A DNA stretch of 64,000 nucleotides, taken from Eledone cirrhosa (taxonomy: Eukaryota). Below the pieces are notes generated by a model that saw only the letters and a list, made by a program, of their open reading frames with translations, was not told the origin of the DNA and searched no databases. Both the position numbers and the translations under genes were made by a program. How positions within the stretch are numbered: position 1 is the stretch's first letter; each line of letters opens with the position of its first letter. The stretch lies in NCBI GenBank assembly GCA_964016885.1, contig OZ024744.1:126170001-126234000 (forward strand). The letters run 5' to 3'. Below, one piece after another: positions 1 through 11,100 of this stretch.

Positions 1-131
1 TTACCGCTGGAGCAACGCAAATTACTCCTCGGATGAGGCCAAAAACGAACGCTGAAGAGATATTGTCCATGGATATCGGGAATTTTACCCGCCCTAGATA
101 GATAGATAGATAGGGATGTATGTATGTATGT

Positions 132-173
<42 letters not shown>

Positions 174-552
174 GTATGTATCTTTCTCATTCTCTCTGTA
201 TGTATGTATGTATGTATATATATATAATTATATATTTATAGACATCCTGAAAGCTTTTTAAATGTCTGAGAGATTGGCTAAATATGTTTTGCAGGTATGA
301 CCAGTAAGAGAGAGGTAAGTTATTTCAAAACAATTCTTTGACCATTATTTTAAGGTACTATCTCAGTGTATTTTTAAATTGACCTCTTGATAGGATGAAA
401 TGACCTGTATAATTTTTTTCATATTTAGATGGAATAGAAGAAAAACAAGAAAAATGAAATGAATTCAAACAGAAAATATACACCAATGCCAATGGAGGTA
501 TGATTTCAGTTTAATCTTAACCTAATGACCACTTTACAGAGTGTACTGGATA

Positions 553-637
<85 letters not shown>

Positions 638-1095
638 AGGAAGCTCCAACCGTTAAGGTTGTCTTTCCATTTATTAATATATTGTGTATTTACTCCACTA
701 AACTGTTGAGTGCTTTATATCAGTTATAAAAAAATTTCAGCTTGTTGAATCCCAAAATAGTTGTTGAAACAGCCACAGCTCAGCCGTCGGGGTCCTGAAT
801 ATTTATCATATATATATACGTATGAGTGTGTGTGTTTTGAGAATTAATAATTATATAAACAAGTTTGTAATGAACAATTTATTTCTTATCAAAACTGTAT
901 AAACATGATATTATTTACAGTAAGAATAACAATAATAATGATGGTTTCTAGTAAAGGTGGAAGGCCAGTAATTTGGGGGAGGGGAAAGTTGATTAAATCG
1001 AAGAGAGAAAGAAAGAAGAAACAGAACGGGAAGGAGAGGGGATGGCAAGAGGTCCGGTGTCGCAGGAGAGAGGGGAGGGTGGTTGAGCTTTGAGT

Positions 1096-1580
1096 CTAGG
1101 GCAAGAGGGCAGAAATGCTGCGCCCCACGGATAAGACGGCAAAAATATTCTCGCGGACGATGGCCAGAGATACCCAATGCAACAACCACCCAACCTCGCG
1201 GTGTTCCCTCCTCAGATGGGCTGCTGACTCTCCGATCTTTTGGAGGAGCTCGGCAGTACAAGGTCCAAGTACTCCTGGGGTCTCGACGTTGACTGGTGCA
1301 GAGAGGAAGTGGCCGGACAATCCTCGGTATTTGTTTATTTTACGTTCTTCTGCGAGGTGGGCTGCGATGCCGGGGTTTGTGACCGAAACGACTTGGAAAC
1401 GAAGTTGTAGGCGGAGATTGTGTCGTAGCTGGTGGTGTCCCAGATGAGGGACCTACGTCCTTCGAATGGGAAGAGAGTGATTCCGTCGGGGCGCTTGCCA
1501 TCTCCGGGACCTGTTGGCCCCAGTTGTGATGGGAAGCCAGCTGCGTCCAGGCTTCTTCTCAATATGTCGTTGACAACGAC
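1096..1580 (-). pseudogene. Degenerate non-LTR retrotransposon fragment, restriction-like endonuclease domain (CRE-clade-like)
   Basis: Minus-strand peptides GKRPDGITLFPFEGRRSLIWDTT and PVNVETPGVLGPCTAELLQKIG...SLAIVRENIFAVL match the RPDG..WD..E motif pattern of CRE-type RLE domains. They are split across frames. Confidence 0.7.
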
Positions 1581-2124
1581 GTGTATCTATTCAATAATTA
1601 TTTGAATATTGAAATTTTAGGTTTAACTACCTTTTAAACCAAATACATTAAGAAAGGCATGACCAACACCACATCATTTTTATTTCTATTTTGAAAGTAG
1701 GTTTATAAGTATTAAATTTCAGTAGATTCTTATATCCTTCATGGTGGTCTGGTGGGAGATACGAGAGATGGTGGAGGTTCTGGTCTGGGGTTCAATCCTG
1801 CTCAGGAGATACTCTAAGGGGGTTCATACTAAACTTCTTCAGTGTTTCTTATCTCTAGAGACAAATATATATACATAAGGTAATCTGGTAAAGTTGTTAG
1901 AACATCACATAGAATTCTTTGTAGTATTTTTTCCAGTTCTTCAATCTGAGTTCAACTTTACTTTTCTTCCATTCGGGGTTGATAATAACGTACCAGTCAA
2001 ATACTAGGGGTTAATTCTTCCTCTATATCTCTTTCTCACTCTCTGTCTGTTTTATTAAGACCTGGAGAGGTGATGTACTCTACCAGGTTTTATAATGAGT
2101 GATGGGGTCATACCTGCCTGCTAC

Positions 2125-2451
2125 ACCTCTGTGTACTAAGTGTAGCATATTATATCCTTGTTCAGGGCCTTCCTGACATTACTGTGTACTAAGGGTAGCA
2201 TTTTATATCCTTGTTCAGGGCCATCTTAACATTGCTGTGTACTAAGTGTAGCATATTATATCCTTGTTCGGGGCCTTCCTGACATTAGTGTGTACTGAGT
2301 GTAGATTTTAACATCCTTGTTCTGGGCCTTCCTAACATTACTGTGTACTGAGTGTAGATTTTAACATCTTTGTTCAGAGCCTTCCTTACATTACTGTGTA
2401 CTAAGTGTAGCATTTCATATACTTGTTCTGGGCCTTCCTAACGTTACTGTG
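2125..2451. repeat. ~53-bp minisatellite, ~6 copies
   Basis: Unit actgtgtactaagtgtagcatattatatccttgttcagggccttcctgacatt, repeated with variants. Confidence 0.9.
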
Positions 2452-3225
2452 GAAATAGTAGTTTATATCCAATATGTAATATAGATATGGATTCTACAGG
2501 ACTAAAACTCATTAATATGAGGGGTATTAGTAGATTATATGCCATATTTAATAGAGAAATGGCTTCTACAAGACTAAAACTCATTAATATGAGGGGTATT
2601 ACAGTTTATATGCCATATTTAATACAGAAATGGCTTCTAAAGGACTAGAACTCTTTAAATTGAATAAAATAGTAGTATATATCCTATGTTTAATACAGAA
2701 ATGCCTTCTAAAGGACTCATTAATATGAGGGTATTAGTAGATTATATAACATATTTAATACAGAAATGGCTTTTAAATTCAGGGACTCGTTAATTTGATG
2801 GAAATAGTAGTGTCTATGCAATATTTAATACAGAAATAGCTTCTACAGGACTAAAACTAATTAATATGAGGGGTATTAGTAGTATATGTGCCATATTTAA
2901 TACAGAGATGGCTTCTAAATGGAGGTATCTCATTAATTCGATTGAAATGGTAGTGTATATGCAATATTTAATACAGAAATAGCTTCTACAAGAATAAAAC
3001 TCATTAATATGAAGGTTATTATTACATTATATGCCATATTTAATACAGAAATCGGTTCTAAAGGACTAGAACTCTTTAATTCAAATCAAATAGTAGTATA
3101 AAGCAATATTTACTACAGAAATGGCTTCTACAAGACTAAAAATCCTTAATATGAGGGGTATTGTTAGATTATATACCATATTTAATACAGAAATGGCTTC
3201 TAAATGAAGAAATCTCTTTAATTCG
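2452..3225. repeat. ~71-bp AT-rich minisatellite, ~11 diverged copies
   Basis: Recurring atatttaatacagaaatggcttcta...cattaatatgaggggtatt, for example at 2544 and 2615. Confidence 0.88.
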
Positions 3226-3885
3226 ATAGTAATAGTAATAATAATAATAGTAATAGTAATAATACAGCCAATTTTCCACGCAATACTTTTAGTTAGCACC
3301 CCGAACGCATAATTGGGAATATAATCACTTATTTCCTAATGTTTGTTGAGTGAGTTGGGAAAAAAAACTTGGGAAATATATTTTCAGGGTCTCAAAATCT
3401 TAAAGAGAAAAAAAAGTCCTGTGGAAGGTAGCAAAACAATTAGGAAGAAAATGGTTTGAAGTTGGTTGGTGAGTATAAGATTACAGTATCTTGTTGATTT
3501 CTATAAAGTTTACTTTTAACTGAATTGGTAAAAATGGATAAATTAGAAGACACAATATAATAACTAATATTGTCTTCTAAAACAGGGAATAAAAATATGT
3601 TGGTGTATTGGGGGGGGGGGGGGGGGTAAACATGTGAGTTAATGGGAATGTTTTTGTTTGTTTTTATTGAAACATATTCAATCTACAGATAGGTTGTTAT
3701 AGTTATTTAGTCTCGGGTCTGCCATTATCTGCAGATTTATAATTGAGGGGTGTTCCAGGTGTGACCACCCTACATTATTCCTAGAGATTGTTACTCCTTC
3801 ATTCTTCAGTCATCTTGGTCTTCTTATGAGATGGTGGTGTAGTCTTATTTATTGTTAAGGTTATGGTCTTCCTTTGTCCACACTC

Positions 3886-3927
<42 letters not shown>

Positions 3928-4329
3928 AAAGGCTTCCTTCTCTGGAAAAAGATGATTTAATATTCACAACCATCTGTCTAATTGTTTTCTGATGAGAATA
4001 AAGTTAATCTTGCTTGTATGTCTACCTGATCAAATGACTGGCTGATATCTTGAAGTCATTTACACCACAGAACTGTAGGAGTCTTGATCCCTCAAGCCAT
4101 ACCTCTAGCCATCATGTACTCCAAAAGAGTCTCACCTTGGTGCTACTCAACATGTCCATTAAATTTAGCAGCAAGGATGCCCTCTTCTTAGTGAGAGACA
4201 ACTACAAGAGAGGTTCTTAGAGAAGAATAAGCCACTATAGTTAACTTTTGTTGACATAGAGAACCCCGATCTGTCATCTGGTGGTCCTTAAGGAAACTAG
4301 GTGTAGGGGAATGGCTTGTGAGGACAGTG

Positions 4330-4960
4330 CAAGCTATGTACAAGGGTGCTGTCAGTAAAGTGAGAGGAGGAATTCCAGAAACAAAGTAGGTGTACATCAG
4401 GGTTCGGTCCTCAGTCCGCTCTTGTTCATTATAGTCCTCCCTCCCTCCCTCCCTCCCTCCCTCCCTCCAAGCCATAACAGAGGAGGAGTAGTTTAAGACT
4501 GGATGCCCATGGGAACTTCTCTATGCTGACGATCTGGTTCTTATAGCAGAATCAGTAGAGGAGCTAGCTAGAGAATAAATTCTGGCTATGGAAACAGCAG
4601 TAGTTGGAATCAAGAAGACTGAGAGTGAACCTAGCTAAGACAAAAGTGTTTATAAGTAGAAGAGAGGACAAAACTCTGATTCTGTCAGGGAAATGGCCAT
4701 GTTCGATATGTAGGAAAGGAGTTGGCATAAATTCTATGAAATGTAGTACGCAATGCAGATCTTGGCTACACAAGAGATGTAGTGGGATAGCAGGAAAACT
4801 GACTGACAGGTAGGGAGAAATACGTATGCAGTAGATGTACAGGGAAATTTGACAGAGATTGCAGTGATAGACACATTTTTCAAATGCAGGTGGGATCTAT
4901 AGAGGGAGTTGATAGCTTCTGATACCTAGGTGATCAGATTAGTAAGGGAGGAGGGTGATA
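4330..4960 (+). pseudogene. RTE-clade LINE reverse transcriptase fragment (frameshifted)
   Basis: Translates to VGVHQGSVLSPLLFIIVL, FKTGCPWELLYADDLVLIAES and LRVNLAKTKV..GKWPCSICRKGVG..WLHKRCSGI. It is interrupted by a (CCCT)n tract and stops. Confidence 0.85.
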
Positions 4961-5304
4961 TAAAATATATTGTTATCATGACTGTCTTTATTATTTAAAT
5001 TACCTCTGTCTATTTACAGATTTTACAGAGTGTACTGGGTGCTTTTATGATGGGAGCAGCAACTCTATACGATTTTACAGAGTGTACTTGGTGCTTTTAT
5101 CATGGCACATGGCAGCAGCAGCAGCAGCAACTACGATTTTACAGAGTGTACTTGGTGCTTTTTACTCTGACATCAGCACTGAGGAAGTTGTCATATTTTC
5201 AGCTAAATTAATGAGTAGAAAAACCAAGTTTCTGCTACAAAAAATTCTCAGATTCAAGGGAGACATTCAGTTTAAGTATGGTATACTGTCACTAAGGCAG
5301 CAAA

Positions 5305-5455
5305 TTGGCAGAGTCGCTAGAATATCAGATAGCATTCTTTACATTATTTGTTTCAGCTCTCTGTTCTCTCAATTCAAATCCTGCTCAGGTCAACTTTGCC
5401 TTTCATCCATACAAAATAGATTAATAAAAGTACCAGTGTATTACTGGGGTCAATT
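5305..5455 (+). mobile_element. tRNA-derived SINE, degenerate copy
   Basis: ttcaaatcctgctcaggtcaactttgcctttcatcc...aaagtaccagtgtattactggggtc is the same family as 30690-30810. Confidence 0.65.
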
Positions 5456-5486
5456 CTTCTTCTAACTCTTCTGCACTTCCATTCTC

Positions 5487-5525
<39 letters not shown>

Positions 5526-5769
5526 GCTTCTTTAGAACACATCTGCTGTATTCAGACCTGGAGCGGAGATGGGCTCCACCAAGTTTTAAAAATTGCCCTT
5601 TAAGCGCTGTATGTCAATATGGTGCCCCTATGATTCCCTCCCTCAGGAGTTATGGGACCATAGATACTGTCAATTGTAAAGAATAACAGAGATATTCAGT
5701 GCTAGTGTGGTGTTCTGTCAGTTGTGGAGATTGATGAATCTAAACAGAAATATCAACAGCACTTTTCAT

Positions 5770-5950
5770 TTCTGAGTAACACATTTGTTACCAAGTGCTG
5801 CATGGCTGGAATGAAAATCAGTGCTGTGAAAACCAAGACATTCATCCTCTCAAGGAAGCTTGTGCAGTGCACTCTACATGTAAATGGAGTCCCACTGAAG
5901 CAGGTAGAAAAGTTCATGTATCTCGAAGCTGTGTTCACGAGTGATGACAG
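5770..5950 (+). pseudogene. LINE RT C-terminal fragment (RTE-like)
   Basis: AGMKISAVKTKTFIL...VNGVPLKQVEKFMYLEAVFTSD resembles the RT G.KI..KTK and V..F.YLG motifs. Confidence 0.7.
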
Positions 5951-5995
5951 AGACGGCAAAGGCACAACACACAACAGAAGAAAAGAACAATGACA

Positions 5996-6031
<36 letters not shown>

Positions 6032-6092
6032 TGTTTTATTAGTTTTATTATAATAAAAATTGTGCTGTTAGTTTGCTTGCTATACCATCATG

Positions 6093-6187
6093 TACCCTAA
6101 CCCTAAACCTAACCCCAACTCCAACTCTGACCCTAAACCTAACCCCAACCCCAACCCCAACCCTAACCCTAACCCTAACCCTAACCC
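6093..6187 (-). repeat. Degenerate interstitial telomeric-type (TTAGGG)n tract
   Basis: ccctaa/cccaac repeats, most regular at the right end, which abuts the 172-bp array. Confidence 0.85.
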
Positions 6188-7633
6188 ACGATAGAAGACG
6201 TTCGTTACCGCTGGAGCAACGCAAATTACTCCTCGGTTGACGCCAAAAACGAACGCCTTCTCGACGGCTAGCCGCATTTCGTGATCCGCCTTTCGATTGC
6301 GCTTCCGTCGCGGAAAAAGAATTGCCTTTATAGGCCGCCGCCGCCGCCCGACCGGACCCACGATAGAAGACGTTCGTTACCGCTGGAGCAACGCAAATTA
6401 CTCCTCGGTTGACGCCAAAAACGAACGCCTTCTCGACGGCTAGCCGCATTTCGTGATCCGCCTTTCGATTGCGCTTCCGTCGCGGAAAAAGAATTGCCTT
6501 TATAGGCCGCCGCCGCCGCCCGACCGGACCCACGATAGAAGACGTTCGTTACCGCTGGAGCAACGCAAATTACTCCTCGGTTGACGCCAAAAACGAACGC
6601 CTTCTCGACGGCTAGCCGCATTTCGTGATCCGCCTTTCGATTGCGCTTCCGTCGCGGAAAAAGAATTGCCTTTATAGGCCGCCGCCGCCGCCCGACCGGA
6701 CCCACGATAGAAGACGTTCGTTACCGCTGGAGCAACGCAAATTACTCCTCGGTTGACGCCAAAAACGAACGCCTTCTCGACGGCTAGCCGCATTTCGTGA
6801 TCCGCCTTTCGATTGCGCTTCCGTCGCGGAAAAAGAATTGCCTTTATAGGCCGCCGCCGCCCGACCGGACCCACGATAGAAGACGTTCGTTACCGCTGGA
6901 GCAACGCAAATTACTCCTCGGTTGACGCCAAAAACGAACGCCTTCTCGACGGCTAGCCGCATTTCGTGATCCGCCTTTCGATTGCGCTTCCGTCGCGGAA
7001 AAAGAATTGCCTTTATAGGCCGCCGCCGCCGCCCGACCGGACCCACGATAGAAGACGTTCGTTACCGCTGGAGCAACGCAAATTACTCCTCGGTTGACGC
7101 CAAAAACGAACGCCTTCTCGACGGCTAGCCGCATTTCGTGATCCGCCTTTCGATTGCGCTTCCGTCGCGGAAAAAGAATTGCCTTTATAGGCCGCCGCCG
7201 CCGCCCGACCGGACCCACGATAGAAGACGTTCGTTACCGCTGGAGCAACGCAAATTACTCCTCGGTTGACGCCAAAAACGAACGCCTTCTCGACGGCTAG
7301 CCGCATTTCGTGATCCGCCTTTCGATTGCGCTTCCGTCGCGGAAAAAGAATTGCCTTTATAGGCCGCCGCCGCCGCCCGACCGGACCCACGATAGAAGAC
7401 GTTCGTTACCGCTGGAGCAACGCAAATTACTCCTCGGTTGACGCCAAAAACGAACGCCTTCTCGACGGCTAGCCGCATTTCGTGATCCGCCTTTCGATTG
7501 CGCTTCCGTCGCGGAAAAAGAATTGCCTTTATAGGCCGCCGCCGCCGCCCGACCGGACCCACGATAGAAGACGTTCGTTACCGCTGGAGCAACGCAAATT
7601 ACTCCTCGGTTGACGCCAAAAACGAACGCCTTC
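6185..7633 (+). repeat. 172-bp GC-rich tandem array (8 full units plus a partial); putative rDNA spacer/promoter subrepeats
   Basis: Exact 172-bp period (one unit is 169 bp). It lies directly upstream of the ETS-like region and the 18S 5' end. Each unit contains TTTATAGG and a hairpin. Confidence 0.92.
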
Positions 7634-7990
7634 CGGTTCGGGCGACGTAAAAGTCTGTAGCCTTTTCGACGATCCTCGACGATTATCCGCCTTCCGAACA
7701 ACCGCCTTTCCGCCGTCACAGCAGTAGGTACTCGTCCGTCGTAATAGCCGTCATTTTAATGCAGGAGAAACGCCTAAATGCACTGCGATTGACGACGATC
7801 TACGACGCGCTTACTCTTCCTTGCTGCGACGAAGGTTTCGTTCGGCTTTTCGTCGTGGACCCGGTCAGGTCATGCCGCTGATCTCGCGTTGCGTCGTTAC
7901 CGCTGGAGCAACGCAAATTACTCCTCGTTTAACGCCAACATCGAACGCGCTTCGGTTCTCGGTCGTCGTTGTTTTGTTTCGTGCGGAAGA
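7634..7990 (+). other. 5'ETS-like GC/CpG-rich region
   Basis: Lies between the spacer array and the 18S start. It carries another copy of the cgttaccgctggagcaacgcaaattactcctcg motif. Confidence 0.55.
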
Positions 7991-8174
7991 TACCTGGGTG
8001 ATCCTGCCAGTAGTCATATGCTTGTCTCAAAGCTTAAGCCATGCAAGTGGAAGTTCATGCCGTAAACGAAAATGGTGAAACCGCGAATGGCTCAGGAACC
8101 GGATCTAATCCTCGGGACCGTATTCCTCACCGCGAGGAGAGGATAACTGTGGCAATTCTAGAGCTAATACATGC
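7991..8174 (+). pseudogene. 18S rRNA 5' fragment (~180 nt, diverged, truncated)
   Basis: tacctgggtgatcctgccagtagtcatatgcttgtctcaaag.ttaagccatgca, ggtgaaaccgcgaatggctca and ggataactgtggcaattctagagctaatacatgc match the canonical eukaryotic 18S 5' end. Confidence 0.93.
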
Positions 8175-8179
8175 AATTG

Positions 8180-11100
8180 AGATCGGAGAGGGAGCGATCC
8201 GTCTGCTTGATTCCGATAACGAACGAGACATTCGTATCCGAAAGAACGTTTGTCTGGAAACTGGTGCAGTCAGTGAGTCGAAAAAAAAATATCTCGGTGG
8301 TAGTAGCAAATATTCGAACGAGACATTCGTATGCGAAAGAACGTTTGTCGGTGGTAGTAGCAAATATTCGAACGAGACATTCGTATCCGAAAGAACGTTT
8401 GTCTGGAAACTGGTGAGTCAGTGAGTCGAAAAAAAAATATCTCGGTGGTAGTAGCAAATATTCGTATGCGAAAGAAAAGATCTCGGTGGTAGTAGCAAAT
8501 ATTCGAACGAGACATTCGTAGGCGAAAGAAAAATATCTCGGTGGTAGTAGCAAATATTCGAACGAGACATTCGTATGCGAAAGAACGTTTGTCGGTGGTA
8601 GTAGCAAATATTCGAACGAGACATTCGTATGCGAAAGAACGTTTGTCTGGAAGTGGCGATCCATGCCCGGTGGATAGTTGGTTCCGGGTTTTACTATGAT
8701 TGTTGCAAAACAGAAACTTAAAGGGATTGACAGAATTTGCGATTCCGGAGAGGGGGCGATCCGTCTGCTTGATTCCGATAACGAACGAGACATTCGTATC
8801 CGAAAGAACGTTTGTCTGGAAACTGGTGAGTCAGTGAGTCGAAAAAAAAAATATCTCGGTGGTAGTAGCAAATATTCGAACGAGACATTCGTATGCGAAA
8901 GAACGTTTGTCGGTGGTAGTAGCAAATATTCGAACGAGACATTCGTATGCGAAAGAACGTTTGTCTGGAAGTGGCGATCCATGCCCGGTGGATAGTTGGT
9001 TCCGGGTTTTACTATGATTGTTGCAAAACAGAAACTTAAAGGGATTGACAGAATTTGCGATTCCGGAGAGGGGGCGATCCGTCTGCTTGATTCCGATAAC
9101 GAACGAGACATTCGTATCCGAAAGAACGTTTGTCTGGAAACTGGTGAGTCAGTGAGTCGAAAAAAAAATATCTCGGTGGTAGTAGCAAATATTCGAACGA
9201 GACATTCGTATGCGAAAGAACGTTTGTCGGTGGTAGTAGCAAATATTCGAACGAGACATTCGTATGCGAAAGAACGTTTGTCTGGAAGTGGCGATCCATG
9301 CCCGGTGGATAGTTGGTTCCGGGTTTTACTATGATTGTTGCAAAACAGAAACTTAAAGGGATTGACAGAATTTGCGATTACGGAGAGGGGGCGATCCGTC
9401 TGCTTGATTCCGATAACGAACGAGACATTCGTATCCGAAAGAACGTTTGTCTGGAAACTGGTGAGTCGAAAAAAAAATATCTCGGTGGTAGTAGCAAATA
9501 TTCGTATGCGAAAGAAAAGATCTCGGTGGTAGTAGCAAATATTCGAACGAGACATTCGTAGGCGAAAGAAAAATATCTCGGTGGTAGTAGCAAATATTCG
9601 AACGAGACATTCGTATGCGAAAGAACGTTTGTCGGTGGTAGTAGCAAATATTCGAACGAGACATTCGTATGCGAAAGAACGTTTGTCGGTGGTAGTAGCA
9701 AATATTCGAACGAGACATTCGTATGCGAAAGAACGTTTGTCTGGAAGTGGCGATCCATGCCCGGTGGATAGTTGGTTCCGGGTTTTACTATGATTGTTGC
9801 AAAACAGAAACTTAAAGGGATTGACAGAATTTGCGATTCCGGAGAGAGGGCGATCCGTCTGCTTGATTCCGATAACGAACGAGACATTCGTATCCGAAAG
9901 AACGTTTGTCTGGAAACTGGTGAGTCAGTGAGTCGAAAAAAAAATATCTCGGTGGCAGTAGCAAATATTCGAACGAGACATTCGTATGCGAAAGAACGTT
10001 TGTCGGTGGTAGTAGCAAATATTCGAACGAGACATTCGTATGCGAAAGAACGTTTGTCTGGAAGTGGCGATCCATGCTCGGTGGATAGTTGGTTCCGGGT
10101 TTTACTATGATTGTTGCAAAACAGAAACTTAAAGGGATTGACAGAATTTGCGATTCCGGAGAGGGGGCGATCCGTCTGCTTGATTCCGATAACGAACGAG
10201 ACATTCGTATCCGAAAGAACGTTTGTCTGGAAACTGGTGAGTCAGTGAGTCGAAAAAAAAATATCTCGGTGGTAGTAGCAAATATTCGTATGCGAAAGAA
10301 AAGATCTCGGTGGTAGTAGCAAATATTCGAACGAGACATTCGTAGGCGAAAGAAAAATATCTCGGTGGTAGTAGCAAATATTCGAACGAGACATTCGTAT
10401 TCGAAAGAACGTTTGTCTGGAAGTTGCGATCCATGCCCTGTGGATAGTTGGTTCCGGGTTTTACTATGATTGTTGCAAAACAGAAACTTAAAGGGATTGA
10501 CAGAATTTGCGATTCCGGAGAGGGGGCAATCCGTCTGCTTGATTCCGATAACGAACGAGACATTCGTATCCGAAAGAACGTTTGTCTGGAAACTGGTGAG
10601 TCAGTGAGTCGAAAAAAAAAATATCTCGGTGGTAGTAGCAAATATTCGAACGAGACATTCGTATGCGAAAGAACGTGTGTCGGTGGTAGTAGCAAATATT
10701 CGAACGAGACATTCGTATGCGAAAGAACGTTTGTCTGGAAGTGGCGATCCATGCTCGGTGGATAGTTGGTTCCGGGTTTTACTATGATTGTTGCAAAACA
10801 GAAACTTAAAGGGATTGACAGAATTTGCGATTCCGGAGAGGGGGCGATCCGTCTGCTTGATTTCGATAACGAACGAGACATTCGTATCCGAAAGAACGTT
10901 TGTCTGGAAACTGGTGAGTCAGTGAGTCGAAAAAAAAAATATCTCGGTGGTAGTAGCAAATATTCGAACGAGACATTCGTATGCGAAAGAACGTTTGTCG
11001 GTGGTAGTAGCAAATATTCGAACGAGACATTCGTATGCGAAAGAACGTTTGTCGGTGGTAGTAGCAAATATTCGAACGAGACATTCGTATGCGAAAGAAC

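Noticed and set aside
6185-6360. Hammerhead or HDV ribozyme in the 172-bp repeat, and a cgcaaattac match to 18S
   Set aside because: No catalytic core consensus was seen on either strand, and the 10-nt 18S match is too short to be meaningful.
6048-7719. Repeated 125-aa minus-strand ORFs (MGPVGRRRRP...)
   Set aside because: They arise from the 172-bp period cycling through frames in GC-rich DNA and show no protein features.
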